Assembly: GCA_965235115.1 (NCBI GenBank)
Contig: OZ249436.1
Coordinates: 11,534,001 to 11,598,000, forward strand
Direction: 5' to 3'
Source: Laetmonice hystrix
Taxonomy: Eukaryota
DNA: 64,000 nt
The notes under the pieces: generated by a model
What the model saw: only the letters and a program-made list of their open reading frames with translations
Told to the model about the DNA's origin: nothing
Database searches by the model: none
Shown here: positions 24,266 to 35,600 of the stretch, piece by piece
Layout of the letters: the number at the start of each line of letters is the position of its first letter
Numbering within the stretch: position 1 is the first letter of the stretch
Translations under genes and position numbers: made by a program

Positions 24266-25880
24266 CTTTAAAAGTAAACGACCACCGCCAATGTGTACAG
24301 GCCAGGAAGTTCTACGCAAGTTTAAAAAGGATTTGAACACAATTGGTGCTCAAATAGTTAAGATATAGGCCTAAGCACTTTTGTGTCGGAGCCTGCTCAG
24401 CTGTAGACTATGCCGCCATAGCGTCTGCGTCATTGGGCGGGTCCACCTAAATACCCAAATCGCCGAAATCACCATTGAGAAATACAATGTACTGAAATCC
24501 ACCTAATTACCGAAATCACTGTTCAGAAACACCGAACTCCAACCTTTCGGTATTTAGGTTGTATTTCAGTATTTGGCAAGGGTTATTTCGGTATTTCTCT
24601 GTGGTGATTTCGGTAGGCCTATTTAGATTGGATTTCGGTATTTCTCAACGGTGATTTCGTTATTTAGGTTGGATTTCGGTATTTCCCAACTCTATCGAAG
24701 TGCCACCTTCTGGTACCAAGAGCCCTTCCAGGCGCGGATCCAGGAATATTTACAGGGGGCCCGGAAAATTGCGAGTTGCGAGTGGATGGCTCCAGATGCA
24801 GGAAGTGGTTTGTACGCATGAAATTAAGGACTGGTACTTTGAACTCATATGGACAGCTCTACTGAGACCGTACATATATTATAGCGTGGAATGAAGGAAA
24901 ATGTTAACGATTTTCTAATATTACCAACTTCCTGCATGTTACCAAAGACGTGTACAAATATTTGCCATGTCCACGACATGCACGATCGATTCCCTAATAG
25001 ATGCATGGGCCCTTAAAGAAGAAGTCCAGTTAAAAATCACATTTGGACAGCTGCAAGGCCTCTATATGCACTCACCTTTCAGAGTAGTGGTTGGAAATAA
25101 ATATCTCCCCATTGCAAGAAGTCATATGTTGAACATGACAACCGTGTCAAAATCACTGGCTTCAGCGGCGCAGCCATTTGTTGCTATTGGGCTGGCCGGA
25201 AGTGACGTTCCAGGGCTAATCTATTGCATGCCGGGGCTAGGCTAGACTAGACTAAAGTAAAGGCAGCCGAGGCGGGTCGCAAAATCAACGGGGGTCGGTC
25301 CCACAGTCACAGTCACAACTAAAACAGGTCTGTGCTGAACTGACCATGCACAGGAGTCTGACAGTGCCAGCACCCGCCCGCGGTCGCAGCCACGGCCAGG
25401 GCCCGGCCCAGTGGCCCTGCGGGCTCCGTCAACATCACGAATGCAGGCGGCCGAAACCCACGGCTGGAGCTTTCCCAGATCCGTGTCCACCCTGATATAT
25501 CCCCTGACATCGGTAGGTTTAATTCCTATAGCCATTTCTCATGATCATTACTATGATCGATGGTTTTCGTCTATGTTCTAACAAATTTTGCTTATATAAA
25601 TAAGCTGTCAACGTTCGCTCAACGCAACAGGTGCGTCAGTTTTTCGTTCCTCCCAAACTGGAGAGCAGTGGTTGGAGGATGCGCAAAGTGAGATTAGACC
25701 AAGGAGCAGATGGCTATGGCCGCCTTCACCAGCGGAGCAGTTTCTAAGCAGGCTCCGGCACTAAAGTGCTTATATCTTAACTATTTGAGCACCAATTATG
25801 TTCAAATTTTTTTTAAATTGCTTGGAATATCACGGCCTGTGTGCCTTGCCTGTACACACTGGCGGTGGACGTTTCTTTTA
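24266..25880. repeat. ~140-bp inverted repeat pair (24266-24400 / 25745-25880) enclosing ~1.3 kb
   Basis: AATTGGTGCTCAAATAGTTAAGATATA..AAGCACTTT..CGGAGCCTGCT versus its reverse complement AGCAGGCTCCG..AAAGTGCTTATATCTTAACTATTTGAGCACCAATT. Confidence 0.75.
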
Positions 25881-26206
25881 AAGTAGCTGGTTGGTCAGCT
25901 GCAGCTGGCTGTAGGCCTAGAAAAAATCTATATAAGAGGTTCTGCCACTTTGAAACAACGTGGAATATTCAGGAGATGAGGACAGATCTCACAAATTCAC
26001 CCCTTCCTGAGGTCAGGCTGGCTGAGATCAAGGTCAAGTAAGCCAGCGACCTTCGGGAGGACAGGTTAAGGGTGGTCAACTCTATTTCACTATTCACCTG
26101 ATCGAAGTAATAATATTATTGCCATACCGATATAATGTTAATCAACCAATGGGCTGAGAGAGAAAAATATGAACACTCGTTTTAATATTTACTTAAGACC
26201 TGTAGT

Positions 26207-26677
26207 ATCCAAGTAAATAATCCTACCACAGCATTTTGTCCTCCGACGTGTTTTCGCTGCGTATGCAACACAAGTAGGTTCTATACGACCAAACCTATAG
26301 ATTTCTCCCGATAGCACATCTCCCGCCATAATTTGCTAAAGACAACCTCCCATCAACCCGTGTAATTGCATATTGTGTCACATCCTGCGTGTGCACTATC
26401 TGCATGTGCTTAGTCACGTGCTTCGCTTAGTTGTAAACAATTCAGCAGTTGCACTCGATCGTCTGGCATCAGATCGTCCGCCACCCAAAAAATATTTTAC
26501 GAAATCGGCAGAAAAGCGGGCAAGGGAGCTTTATAAACTTCGATTTCTCACGCAAAATGAAACTGATAAGTCTGTCTTTTTTTACCAAGCAATATTAATG
26601 AAGGATCTCTTTATGAAAACAGCAAAAGTTCTTTGAAATACCGATTTTTCACGTTTCCTCATAATATGCCCCTTTAA
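26207..26677. mobile_element. Left-truncated copy of the 33352-33882 Kolobok-like MITE
   Basis: Near-identical to 33418-33886 including the right TIR and TTAA. Confidence 0.85.
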
Positions 26678-27707
26678 TTGCAGCGGAAATTTGTATTTAT
26701 CCTAGCAGAACGTTAGGTATATGCACACCCTTTCTGTGGTCCTAGACTCGAAGGTGGACATAATTATAAAGCAATGAGTAACGCTGTATTAACGTAGGGA
26801 GCTGCGAGGCACCGGTCTACAGGTTCGGTCGTAGTCTGGAAACAGCTAGACGCTGTTGAAAACCTGACAGTACGAAGACTTCGGCTCGGTCGGTATGTGT
26901 CCACTTGAAGAGGTGAGGGTACACGTAACTCGTAGATAGGTGTACACGACTCTTCTAAAGGGATCATTCTAGCAATAGAACCCGTACCCCGTCAGTGGGC
27001 TCAATCTGCGGCAAGGTTCCAAACCAGTTGACTCTCAATGGGCTGTCGTGTGTCTCCAGACGCCAGATCTTCGAACGGTAGGACTTGGACCAAGCCACTA
27101 GATCAGTTCCACTTTTTGCCCAAACTGGAGATCGCCCTCCTATACAAAAAGACATCCGATACGACACTATCGTTTGGCAAACTCCTGCACAAATTACGTC
27201 CTGATATCCTAGGACCAAAGTCATGCTGTTTTATGGATTAGCAGTGCGATTTTTCCTTGTGATGTGCTTGTCTCAAAGTGGATTTCTGCGAGGGGGATCG
27301 TATTCTGGGAAACCACCAGTTGTTTCCAAATCACGAGTTTCTTTCAGAAAATTGCTTTTTGGCTTTGCCTAGGCTAGGGCTGGGTCAGTATATCAGAGAA
27401 AATTCCCCTTTATCCTAAATTAGGTATAGATGTTATAGTTTTCAGGACTGTGATATGGGGATGGATCAACCCCGACTGCGTAACAGGCGAGAAGTGGACA
27501 CCCTGCTAACTGCAGCGCAAAATCTCGGGCATTCAGGATTCCCTCGGGCTTATGACGTCATTTCTGCATATACCCTCGGGTGGAATGGGCGCCATTGGCA
27601 ACCAGATACATGGCGAAATCGACCGGTGTAGCGAGGCACTGAGTGAACCGTCATATCCCATCGAGCCAGGAAGTAGTGCATTATTGACACCTGCTCCTTC
27701 GGCGTTG

Positions 27708-27974
27708 CAAAGGCGGATCCAGAGGGGGGGGGGCACAGGGGGCACGTGCCCCCCCCTTTAGCTTCACTAATTAGGCCTATACACGGCTATAGCCTACTTA
27801 TTTTGAATTAATTATAACACTGACGGTGAATCTCAAGGAAACCCCGAGCTATTATGTAGGCCTATACCTCTAAAACTGTAATTCAAGAGCATGAGCTTTA
27901 ATTAGTAATGCAAACAATCATGAATTACTTTTCTGTGCCCCCCCCCCTTTAGTGAAATCCTGGATCCGCCAGTG
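27708..27974. mobile_element. MITE, GGCGGATCCAG TIRs, 5-bp TSD CGTTG
   Basis: CGTTG-CAAAGGCGGATCCAG...CTGGATCCGCCAGTG-CGTTG. Confidence 0.85.
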
Positions 27975-28706
27975 CGTTGTATGTGCTAATATAAATTTCT
28001 GGTATGAAGGGGAACGTTTGAAGAAAAAAAATGAATCACTTAATTTACCTAAATGGGCGTGATACGGTAATTTATCAAATTATGGGAAGAAATATGGCTG
28101 CGCCCATGAACGGCAACACCACGGTACATGGTAGGACCATAGATGTGTAGGACTGCTGGTCTATCATGAACATGATACTATCGTAATATTGCTCACTGAC
28201 TTTGGGGAAAGCGCTGGAGGCCTATTTTTAGTTGCTTCCATGCCTGATGCAGGCAAAATACTGCAAGCACTGCATGCTGGCGAGAGTCCCGGCTAAATGT
28301 ACCCGCGATTCAATGCTCAAAATGGCGTCTATTTCACCTGAGGCTACTTTCGAAGATATGGCCAAGGATTCCCGAATGCATCTCGGGGTCACCATGCAGG
28401 CGGGTCGAGGAGGGGAAGATGGTGACGCTGCCCGAAGGAGGGGGCGGGAGATGTTTTGCATCATTTCCATTGTCGACTTCGGCTTAGAAGACTAGTGTCA
28501 CTTTCCCTCCATTTTACGTTTTCTTTTGGGGAGTAAAGTACATGATTCTTCGTTCACTTTTCAAAGGGTGGGGAATGAAATTATCCATACCCAGAGAACC
28601 GACGAGTGCCTGGCAATGGTGAAGTCGACATTTCGGACTCCGTCTTGTGCTGCCACCTAACGACGCCTGAAAACAATAATACCCATTGGCGGCAGAGGTT
28701 GCGAGT

Positions 28707-28832
28707 GTTAAGGTGCATATTATGGGGAAACATGAAAAATCGGTATTTCAAAAAACTTTTGCTGTTTTCATGAAGAGATCCTTCATAAAAATTGCTTGGT
28801 AAACAGTTCCATTTTGCGTGAAAAATCGAAGT
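28707..28832. mobile_element. Inverted terminal fragment of the same Kolobok-like MITE
   Basis: TTAAGGTGCATATTATG...AAAAATCGGTATTTCA...GAGATCCTTCAT, reverse complement of ~33745-33886. Confidence 0.75.
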
Positions 28833-30232
28833 GGAGGTCGATGACGTTGTGTTTGAAAGGTTGGCTGTAGGTTGGTGGAGGGGCGATGACGTTGTGTTTG
28901 AAAGGTTGGCTGTAGGTTGGTGGAGGGGCGATGACGTTGTGTTTGAAAGGTTGGCTGTAGGGGGGTGGAGGGGCGATGACGTTGTGTTTGAAAGCTTGGC
29001 TGTAGGGGGGTGGAGTCCGATGACGTTGTGTTTGAAAGCTTGGCTGTAGGGGGGTGGAGGGGCGATGACGTTGTGTTTGAAAGGTTGGCTGTAGGGGGGT
29101 GGAGGGGCGATGACGTTGTGTTTGAAAGGTTGGCTGTAGGGGGGTGGAGGTCGATGACGTTGTGTTTGAAAGCTTGGCTGTAGGGGGGTGGAGGTCGATG
29201 ACGTTGTGTTTGAAAGGTTGGCTGTAGGGGGGGGGTGGAGGTCGATGACGTTGTGTTTGAAAGGTTGGCTGTAGGGGGGTGGAGGCCGATGACGTTGTGT
29301 TTGAAAGGTTGGCTGTAGGGGGGGGGGGGGTGAGGGGCGAGGACGTTGTGTTTGAAAGGTTGGCTGTAGGGGGGTGGAGGTCGATGACGTTGTGTTTGAA
29401 AGCTTGGCTGTAGGGGGGGGGGTGGAGGTCGATGACGTTGTGTTTGAAAGGTTGGCTGTAGGGGGGTGGAGGTCGATGACGTTGTGTTTGAAAGGTTGGC
29501 TGTAGGGGGGGGGGTGGAGGTCGATGACGTTGTGTTTGAAAGGTTGGCTGTAGGGGGGTGGAGGCCGATGACGTTGTGTTTGAAAGGTTGGCTGTAGGGG
29601 GGGGGGGGGTTGAGGGGCGAGGACGTTGTGTTTGAAAGGTTGGCTGTAGGGGGGTGGAGGTCGATGACGTTGTGTTTGAAAGCTTGGCTGTAGGGGGGTG
29701 GAGGTCGATGACGTTGTGTTTGAAAGGTTGGCTGTAGGGGGGTGGAGGCCGATGACGTTGTGTTTGAAAGGTTGGCTGTAGGGGGGGGGGGGTTGAGGGG
29801 CGAGGACGTTGTGTTTGAAAGGTTGGCTGTAGGGGGGTGGAGGTCGATGACGTTGTGTTTGAAAGCTTGGCTGTAGGGGGGTGGAGGCCGATGACGTTGT
29901 GTTTGAAAGGTTGGCTGTAGGTGAGTGGAGGTCGATGATGTTGTGTTTGACAGGTTGGCTGTAGGGGGGTGGAGGGGCGATGACGTTGTGTTTGAAAGGT
30001 TGGCTGTAGGGGGGTGGAGGGGCGATGACGTTGTGTTTGAAAGATTGGCTGTAGGGGGGTGGAGGTCGATGACGTTGTGTTTAAAAGGTTGGCTCTAGGG
30101 GGTGGAGGGCCGATGACGTTGTGTTTGAAAGGTTGGCTGTAGGGGGGTGGAGGGGCGATGACGTTGTGTTTGAAAGGTTGGCTGTAGGGGGGTGGAGGCC
30201 GATGACGTTGTGTTTGAAAGGTTGGCTGTAGG
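28830..30232. repeat. ~45-bp G-rich minisatellite, ~30 copies
   Basis: Unit GATGACGTTGTGTTTGAAAGGTTGGCTGTAGGGGGGTGGAGG(T/G/C)C with variable G-run. Confidence 0.97.
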
Positions 30233-31814
30233 CTGAGTGCCCTGACGAAGTCGTTTATCTCGTCTTACAAAAGATATCCGTCAAGGATACGTTGGTTAAA
30301 TATATCTGTGAAACACGTCGCCAGGGAAGATAGAGCTCCCCAGCTTTGGGAAGAGACCTTTCTTCATACAGATGTACAGAGATAATCCTAGAAATGTGCC
30401 CGTTTTAATTGACAGATGCCCCTTCCTAAAGAAATGTGCCCCCTCTCCGTACGGGAGTCGAGCAAGCAGACTGGAATGGTCTGAACTCGTGCCATAAATT
30501 CAATAACCCACGAGGCTTTGCGTGAAGTCCCGTGAAACAAATTAACCGCACTTTAATGCAAGACATTTAATAGGTATAACTTATTGCACTTATGTCCAGA
30601 CCAAAGTCACAACACTGATAAAGTCTGAATGTTTACCATACGATGTACGTCCATTAATAAAGTTCACACTGAATATTATGTACGGTACATATATTCGCCC
30701 TGAATATATGAACATTGATAAATTATCACATTATGTCTCCGAGGAGTAGACTATGTAAATATACAACACATTAATAAAGTTCTCATAGGAGACGGCAGTG
30801 TTTTCCGGGGTTATGAGCCAAGCAAGTTCTGATCCAGGTGATTCGGTTAACCTAGTCCTCTGCTGTAACTATTAAACCCTTAACAACACGTCCTTCATGG
30901 TTTCAACTGGTACTTGTCTGACTAGTAGTTGGGTAGTATACCATCACAAAGAATTGTTTTAAATTCTTGATTATGTGTCTCCGGCTAGCAACTCGGTTTT
31001 ATCCGTCGTTTGCTACTATACATCTGTAAATATTTAATATACACGCACGGCTACACTGGTCAACTGAGAGGTGGGCACATGAAGCACCTCCGTGTACGGC
31101 TGGAACAAGATCTGAGCAAGATCTTCTACTGGCATCCATAACCCCTCGAACATTGAAATAATTGACAGTAATAGTAGTCGTGGAATGTGACTTGTTACAC
31201 AGCCTTGGCAACGGGCAATTTCACCGAATTACTAAACTAGAGGCGACAGATTTCTGTTTGAAAATTACCGTTGACACACTATCACATAAAAATACTGCAA
31301 TCCCCTTATATTGTAGAATAGTCCTCAAATAATTCTCGTCTTTCTCATTTTGAAAAAAAGAACACGAGTTCCTCACAAGATTATAGCAGCTGCTATAATT
31401 TTATCCTCTAATCCAACTTTGACAGGAAACCTGTACTTATAACGAACGTGTTCAATCCAAGTTTGACGCTGGTACTCGGTGGACCCTCAGACTTACTGCA
31501 CGTTATTGCTCCTCAGGTCGTCCACCTCGAGCGGTGATCGGGGTTGGTTTGTCATTAGTGACACTCGCCGGAGGCTGAACCCCAATTACTACAGATTTAA
31601 TGGTCATTTAAACACTACCATATCCAATCCTGGAAGGTGTTCTATCTCATCTTATGTCTATAGATGACGCTGCCCTTCGTGGCAACTAGTTGCTATAATG
31701 TTGATTTGATCATGAGCCAAGTATTGCCAGTGGGCCCGTCAGTTCTAAGATGACCCTGTCTACGACCCGTCGTGTCTATTTGAATGAACAGTGAACTTTA
31801 TCCATGCTTGCATG

Positions 31815-31820
31815 TTTATT
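31815..31820 (-). terminator. Candidate PLA2G6 polyadenylation signal AATAAA
   Basis: TTTATT on plus strand ~660 nt downstream of the stop codon. Confidence 0.3.
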
Positions 31821-32481
31821 CTTCCTAAACGTATATGGAAGTAAGAGTTGATTGAATGTAATTACTGAATGTGCTTGAGGGTCAGTGAACGCAGTGACCC
31901 TCATCACTTATGACATCTCCATTTAATAATTGGCCGCTTATGAAATACTTATTTAGCTTTGCGTTACCAGGTACGACAGCCAAGTTAAAGATTCATATCT
32001 CTCACATTCGACAAAGATTGAGGGCATTTATCCATTCAATTTCTTGAAAGACGGCGCAGCGACATGCTTCAAACCACTAGGCTACTGATCATGAGTAGCT
32101 TCCAGAATTTTATCTATGTCAAATAATAAAAACGGAATAAAATATTTTTTAAAAAAGAGGGCCATGATTTTATGCTAAGTCGATGAAGCATGAGATATAT
32201 GATCAGTCGGAAACAGTGAGCGAAGCTGGAAAATTGGTCAAAAGTGTTGTCATGTTCTCCATCAAATTAAAACCAGTCCAAAAGATATGTCTGAAGTATA
32301 TCCCGGGGTAAAAGAACATGAGTCACGTTAAGCTGAAAGTATCTGAGACGTCGGTAGTAAATTAAAATACTGGCACTCCCAGCAACACTAAACTCTAGCT
32401 ATGTACGAGTTACTTTGGTTGTTATTTTAGTGTGTGTTTTTATCAATTTAGTTTCAGAATTTAAATGACAAAGGTTTACGG

Positions 32482-32697
32482 TCAGGGTAGGAGGAGCAGA
32501 GTTAGCTGTTCGAAGCGTGTCCAGTTCTCGTGGATAAAACACTGAGTCTCCCAAAGCATGTTGATGAGGACCTGGTCATCTTGGCCGTCTAGTGGGATGT
32601 CCTCCGACAGCTGAGGGCTGAACCTAAAGTACGGAACGTTGATCATGCTGCACCAGGCCCGGGCCCGCTCCACCGGCCGCCCCTCCGACTGGGTGCA
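32482..32697 (-). CDS. PLA2G6: PLA2G6 last coding exon (216 nt)
   Basis: [37 protein letters not shown]...MLWETQCFI...LLLP*. Confidence 0.95.
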   Translation of the reverse strand, partial: CTQSEGRPVERARAWCSMINVPYFRFSPQLSEDIPLDGQDDQVLINMLWETQCFIHENWTRFEQLTLLLLP

Positions 32698-35600
32698 CTG
32701 TAAGAGAGGGAGATTCAATGTCAGCGAGTCGCTTTAACCTGACATAGTTCACAGATTCAGCAGGCCATCCGACGATGCGGCCCCGGAATGGACATTTCTT
32801 GAAGCTAACCACAACAAACGAACCTGGTCAATGAGTAGCTTTCCTAATGCTGTAGCACCAAACGCGACCTTGGCAATGTCAAATAGTCCCTCAGGTCGGT
32901 AGACATCGAGAGCCTTGACCGGAGTTTGGGGCATCTTGCCCGTTCCTATGGAAACCACCACGTGCAGAGGGCGCACATTATGACCTTGACCCTGAAACAG
33001 TGATAATGACACGTTAGGAAAGGAATGATATCAAGTGCACCCAATAATATCATTATCAAGAAAATCTGAACGGAACAGAGACTCTCTCATCGAAAACAAA
33101 ATTTATGTTGCGAGATATTCGCCTCTGGTGTAGGTCTTACCAAAGATTTGAGTCCCATGTTATACTCGTGTATCTCAGTAAGCACGTCAAGTGTCGGGTT
33201 GTTGGCGATCAGACCTCCATCCAAGAACGCCCCCATGGCACGGAAATATGTCGGCGCCGCTCCACTGCACCGCGCCGCTCGCCACACTAATTGTTCTACG
33301 GGCAAATATATATTTACATTCCTGTAGTCATGGCTGCACATACTTACTTAAAGGGGCATACTATGAAACACGTTTTTGAGGATTTCCGGCAATTATCCAA
33401 CATGACCGTGTATTAGGGATCCAAGTAAATAATCCTACCACAGCATTTTGTCCTCCGACGTGTTTTCGCTGCGTATGCAGCACAAGTAGGTTCTATACGA
33501 CCAAACCTATAGATTTCTCCCAATAGCACATCTCCCGCCATAATTTGGCGGACAACCTCCCATCAACCCGTGTAATTGCATACTGTGTCACATCCTGTGT
33601 GTGCACTCTCTGCATACAGTGCTTAGTCACGTGCTTTGCTTAGTTGTAAACAATTCAGCAGGGGCACTCGATCGCCCGGCATCAGAATGCCACCCAAAAA
33701 ATATTTTACGAAATCGGCAGAGAAGCGGGCAAGGGAGCTTAATAAACTTCGATTTCTCACGCAAAATGAAACTGATAAGTCTGTCTTTGTTTACCAAGCA
33801 ATTTTAATGAAGGATCTCTTTATGAAAACAGCAAAAGTTCTATGAAATACCGATTTTTAACATTTCCTCATAATATGCCCCTTTAATGCATTCTTAGAAC
33901 CCTCAAAACAAAGTACACAATGTGATTGATAACCTTACTAAGTTAGGGTAAGGTAATTCATTCTTCCATGACCCGACAAGTACCCTACAGGGTTTCTTTT
34001 GTTGCTGGGGGATTTTAAGGGGGTTATATAGAGCAAAAAGCATCTCAAACTGCCCATAGCAATGGCATAGTTCTAATTTGATGACAGATCACGGGACATT
34101 GCTTTTTCCCTTGTAGAAATTTTAAAACTTTCACTTGGGCCAGTGGCCTCGACCCGGTGCCTACGGTGGCTACGCATGGCCTATTCAGTACTGTTAACTT
34201 GTTAAATCCTCGGCTGAGGTAGCAGTACTGGTAGATAGACAGGTTTTCGTACCATTTGGCCGAGGAGGAATTTCAAACTGCGTGGGTGGTTGTGTGGAGT
34301 TGTAATCGACGCCAGGAGTTGCGTAGTTACGGAAGAAGTGCAGTTCGGACGGGTGGCGATCACCCATCACCCCAGTTACCAGTACCCTGTCGGTGAGGGA
34401 AAAAATACAGTTCACCATCACAAGACACACGAATAACATCTTACAAACGTCAGCCTTGTGTCGCCTCGCGTCGGAATCAGTTTGGACCAGTGCGCATGCA
34501 GTGGTCTGACTCGTCAATTCGAATAATTCTCTTTTATGATCGAAATTGTACAATTTTATGAATTCTTATGTACGAGACTCTGTTAACTGTGCTGTGTAAG
34601 TGTACGTTAATACCTTGGGTACTCCACATCAGTCATCCTTGTATTTTCTCCAAACTCCCTTTTCATGAATTTCTCGAGCGGGGCGGAGTCATATGGTCTC
34701 TTGCCTGTGAATACTTCATTCTTGAGGCGGAAATACAAACCCTGGCAGTACTGGATTGGTTTACCTATAAAGTTATAAAACACTGCATCTGAACCATGTG
34801 GTTAATAGAAACAGTTTTCACCCACTGTTACCGTTATAAAATACTGCATCTGAACCATGTGGTTAATAGAAACAGTTTTCACCCACTGTTACCGTTATAA
34901 AACACTGCATCTGAACCATGTGGTTAATAGAAACAGTTTTCATCCACTGTTACCGTTATAAAACACTGCATCTGAACCATGTGGTTAATAGAAACAGTTT
35001 TCATCCACTGTTACCGTTATAAAACACTACATCTGAACCATGTGGTTAATAGAAACAGTTTTCACCCACTGTGACCGTTATAAAACACTGCATCTGAACC
35101 ATGTGGTTAATAGAAACAGTTTTCATCCACTGTTACCGTTATAAAACACTGCATCTGAACCATGTGGTTAAAAGAAACAGTTTTCATCCACTGTTACCGT
35201 TATAAAACACTGCATCTGAATCATGTGGTTAATAGAAACAGTTTTCATCCACTGTTACCGTTATAAAACACTGCATCTGAATCATGTGGTTAATAGAAAC
35301 AGTTTTCATCCACTGTTACCGTTATAAAACACTGCATCTGAACCATGTGGTTAATAGAAACAGTTTTCACCCACTGTTACCGTTATAAAACACTGCATCT
35401 GAACCATGTGGTTAATAGAAACAGTTTTCACCCACTGTTACCGTTATAAAACACTGCATCTGAACCATGTGGTTAATAGAAACAGTTTTCACCCACTGTT
35501 ACCGACCAGATGCAGATGCTGCGTCTGTGCCGCCCTCCTTCCGACCCCTACATTTTTACATGATTCGTCTTATCTCGGGAAGAAGTATATATTACATGCA

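Noticed and set aside
25242..28495. ORFs of 70-97 aa as an additional gene between CARHSP1 and PLA2G6
   Set aside because: No recognisable domains and no consistent exon chain; interspersed with MITEs.
30241..30327. Hammerhead ribozyme-like CTGACGA...GAAACACGTC (Penelope-type)
   Set aside because: Core words are present but stems I and II do not pair convincingly; an Infernal search with Rfam hammerhead models would settle it.
26373..33845. Paralogous short ORFs (26373-26636, 33601-33807, 33636-33845)
   Set aside because: Chance frames within two copies of the same non-autonomous MITE; frames are not conserved between copies.
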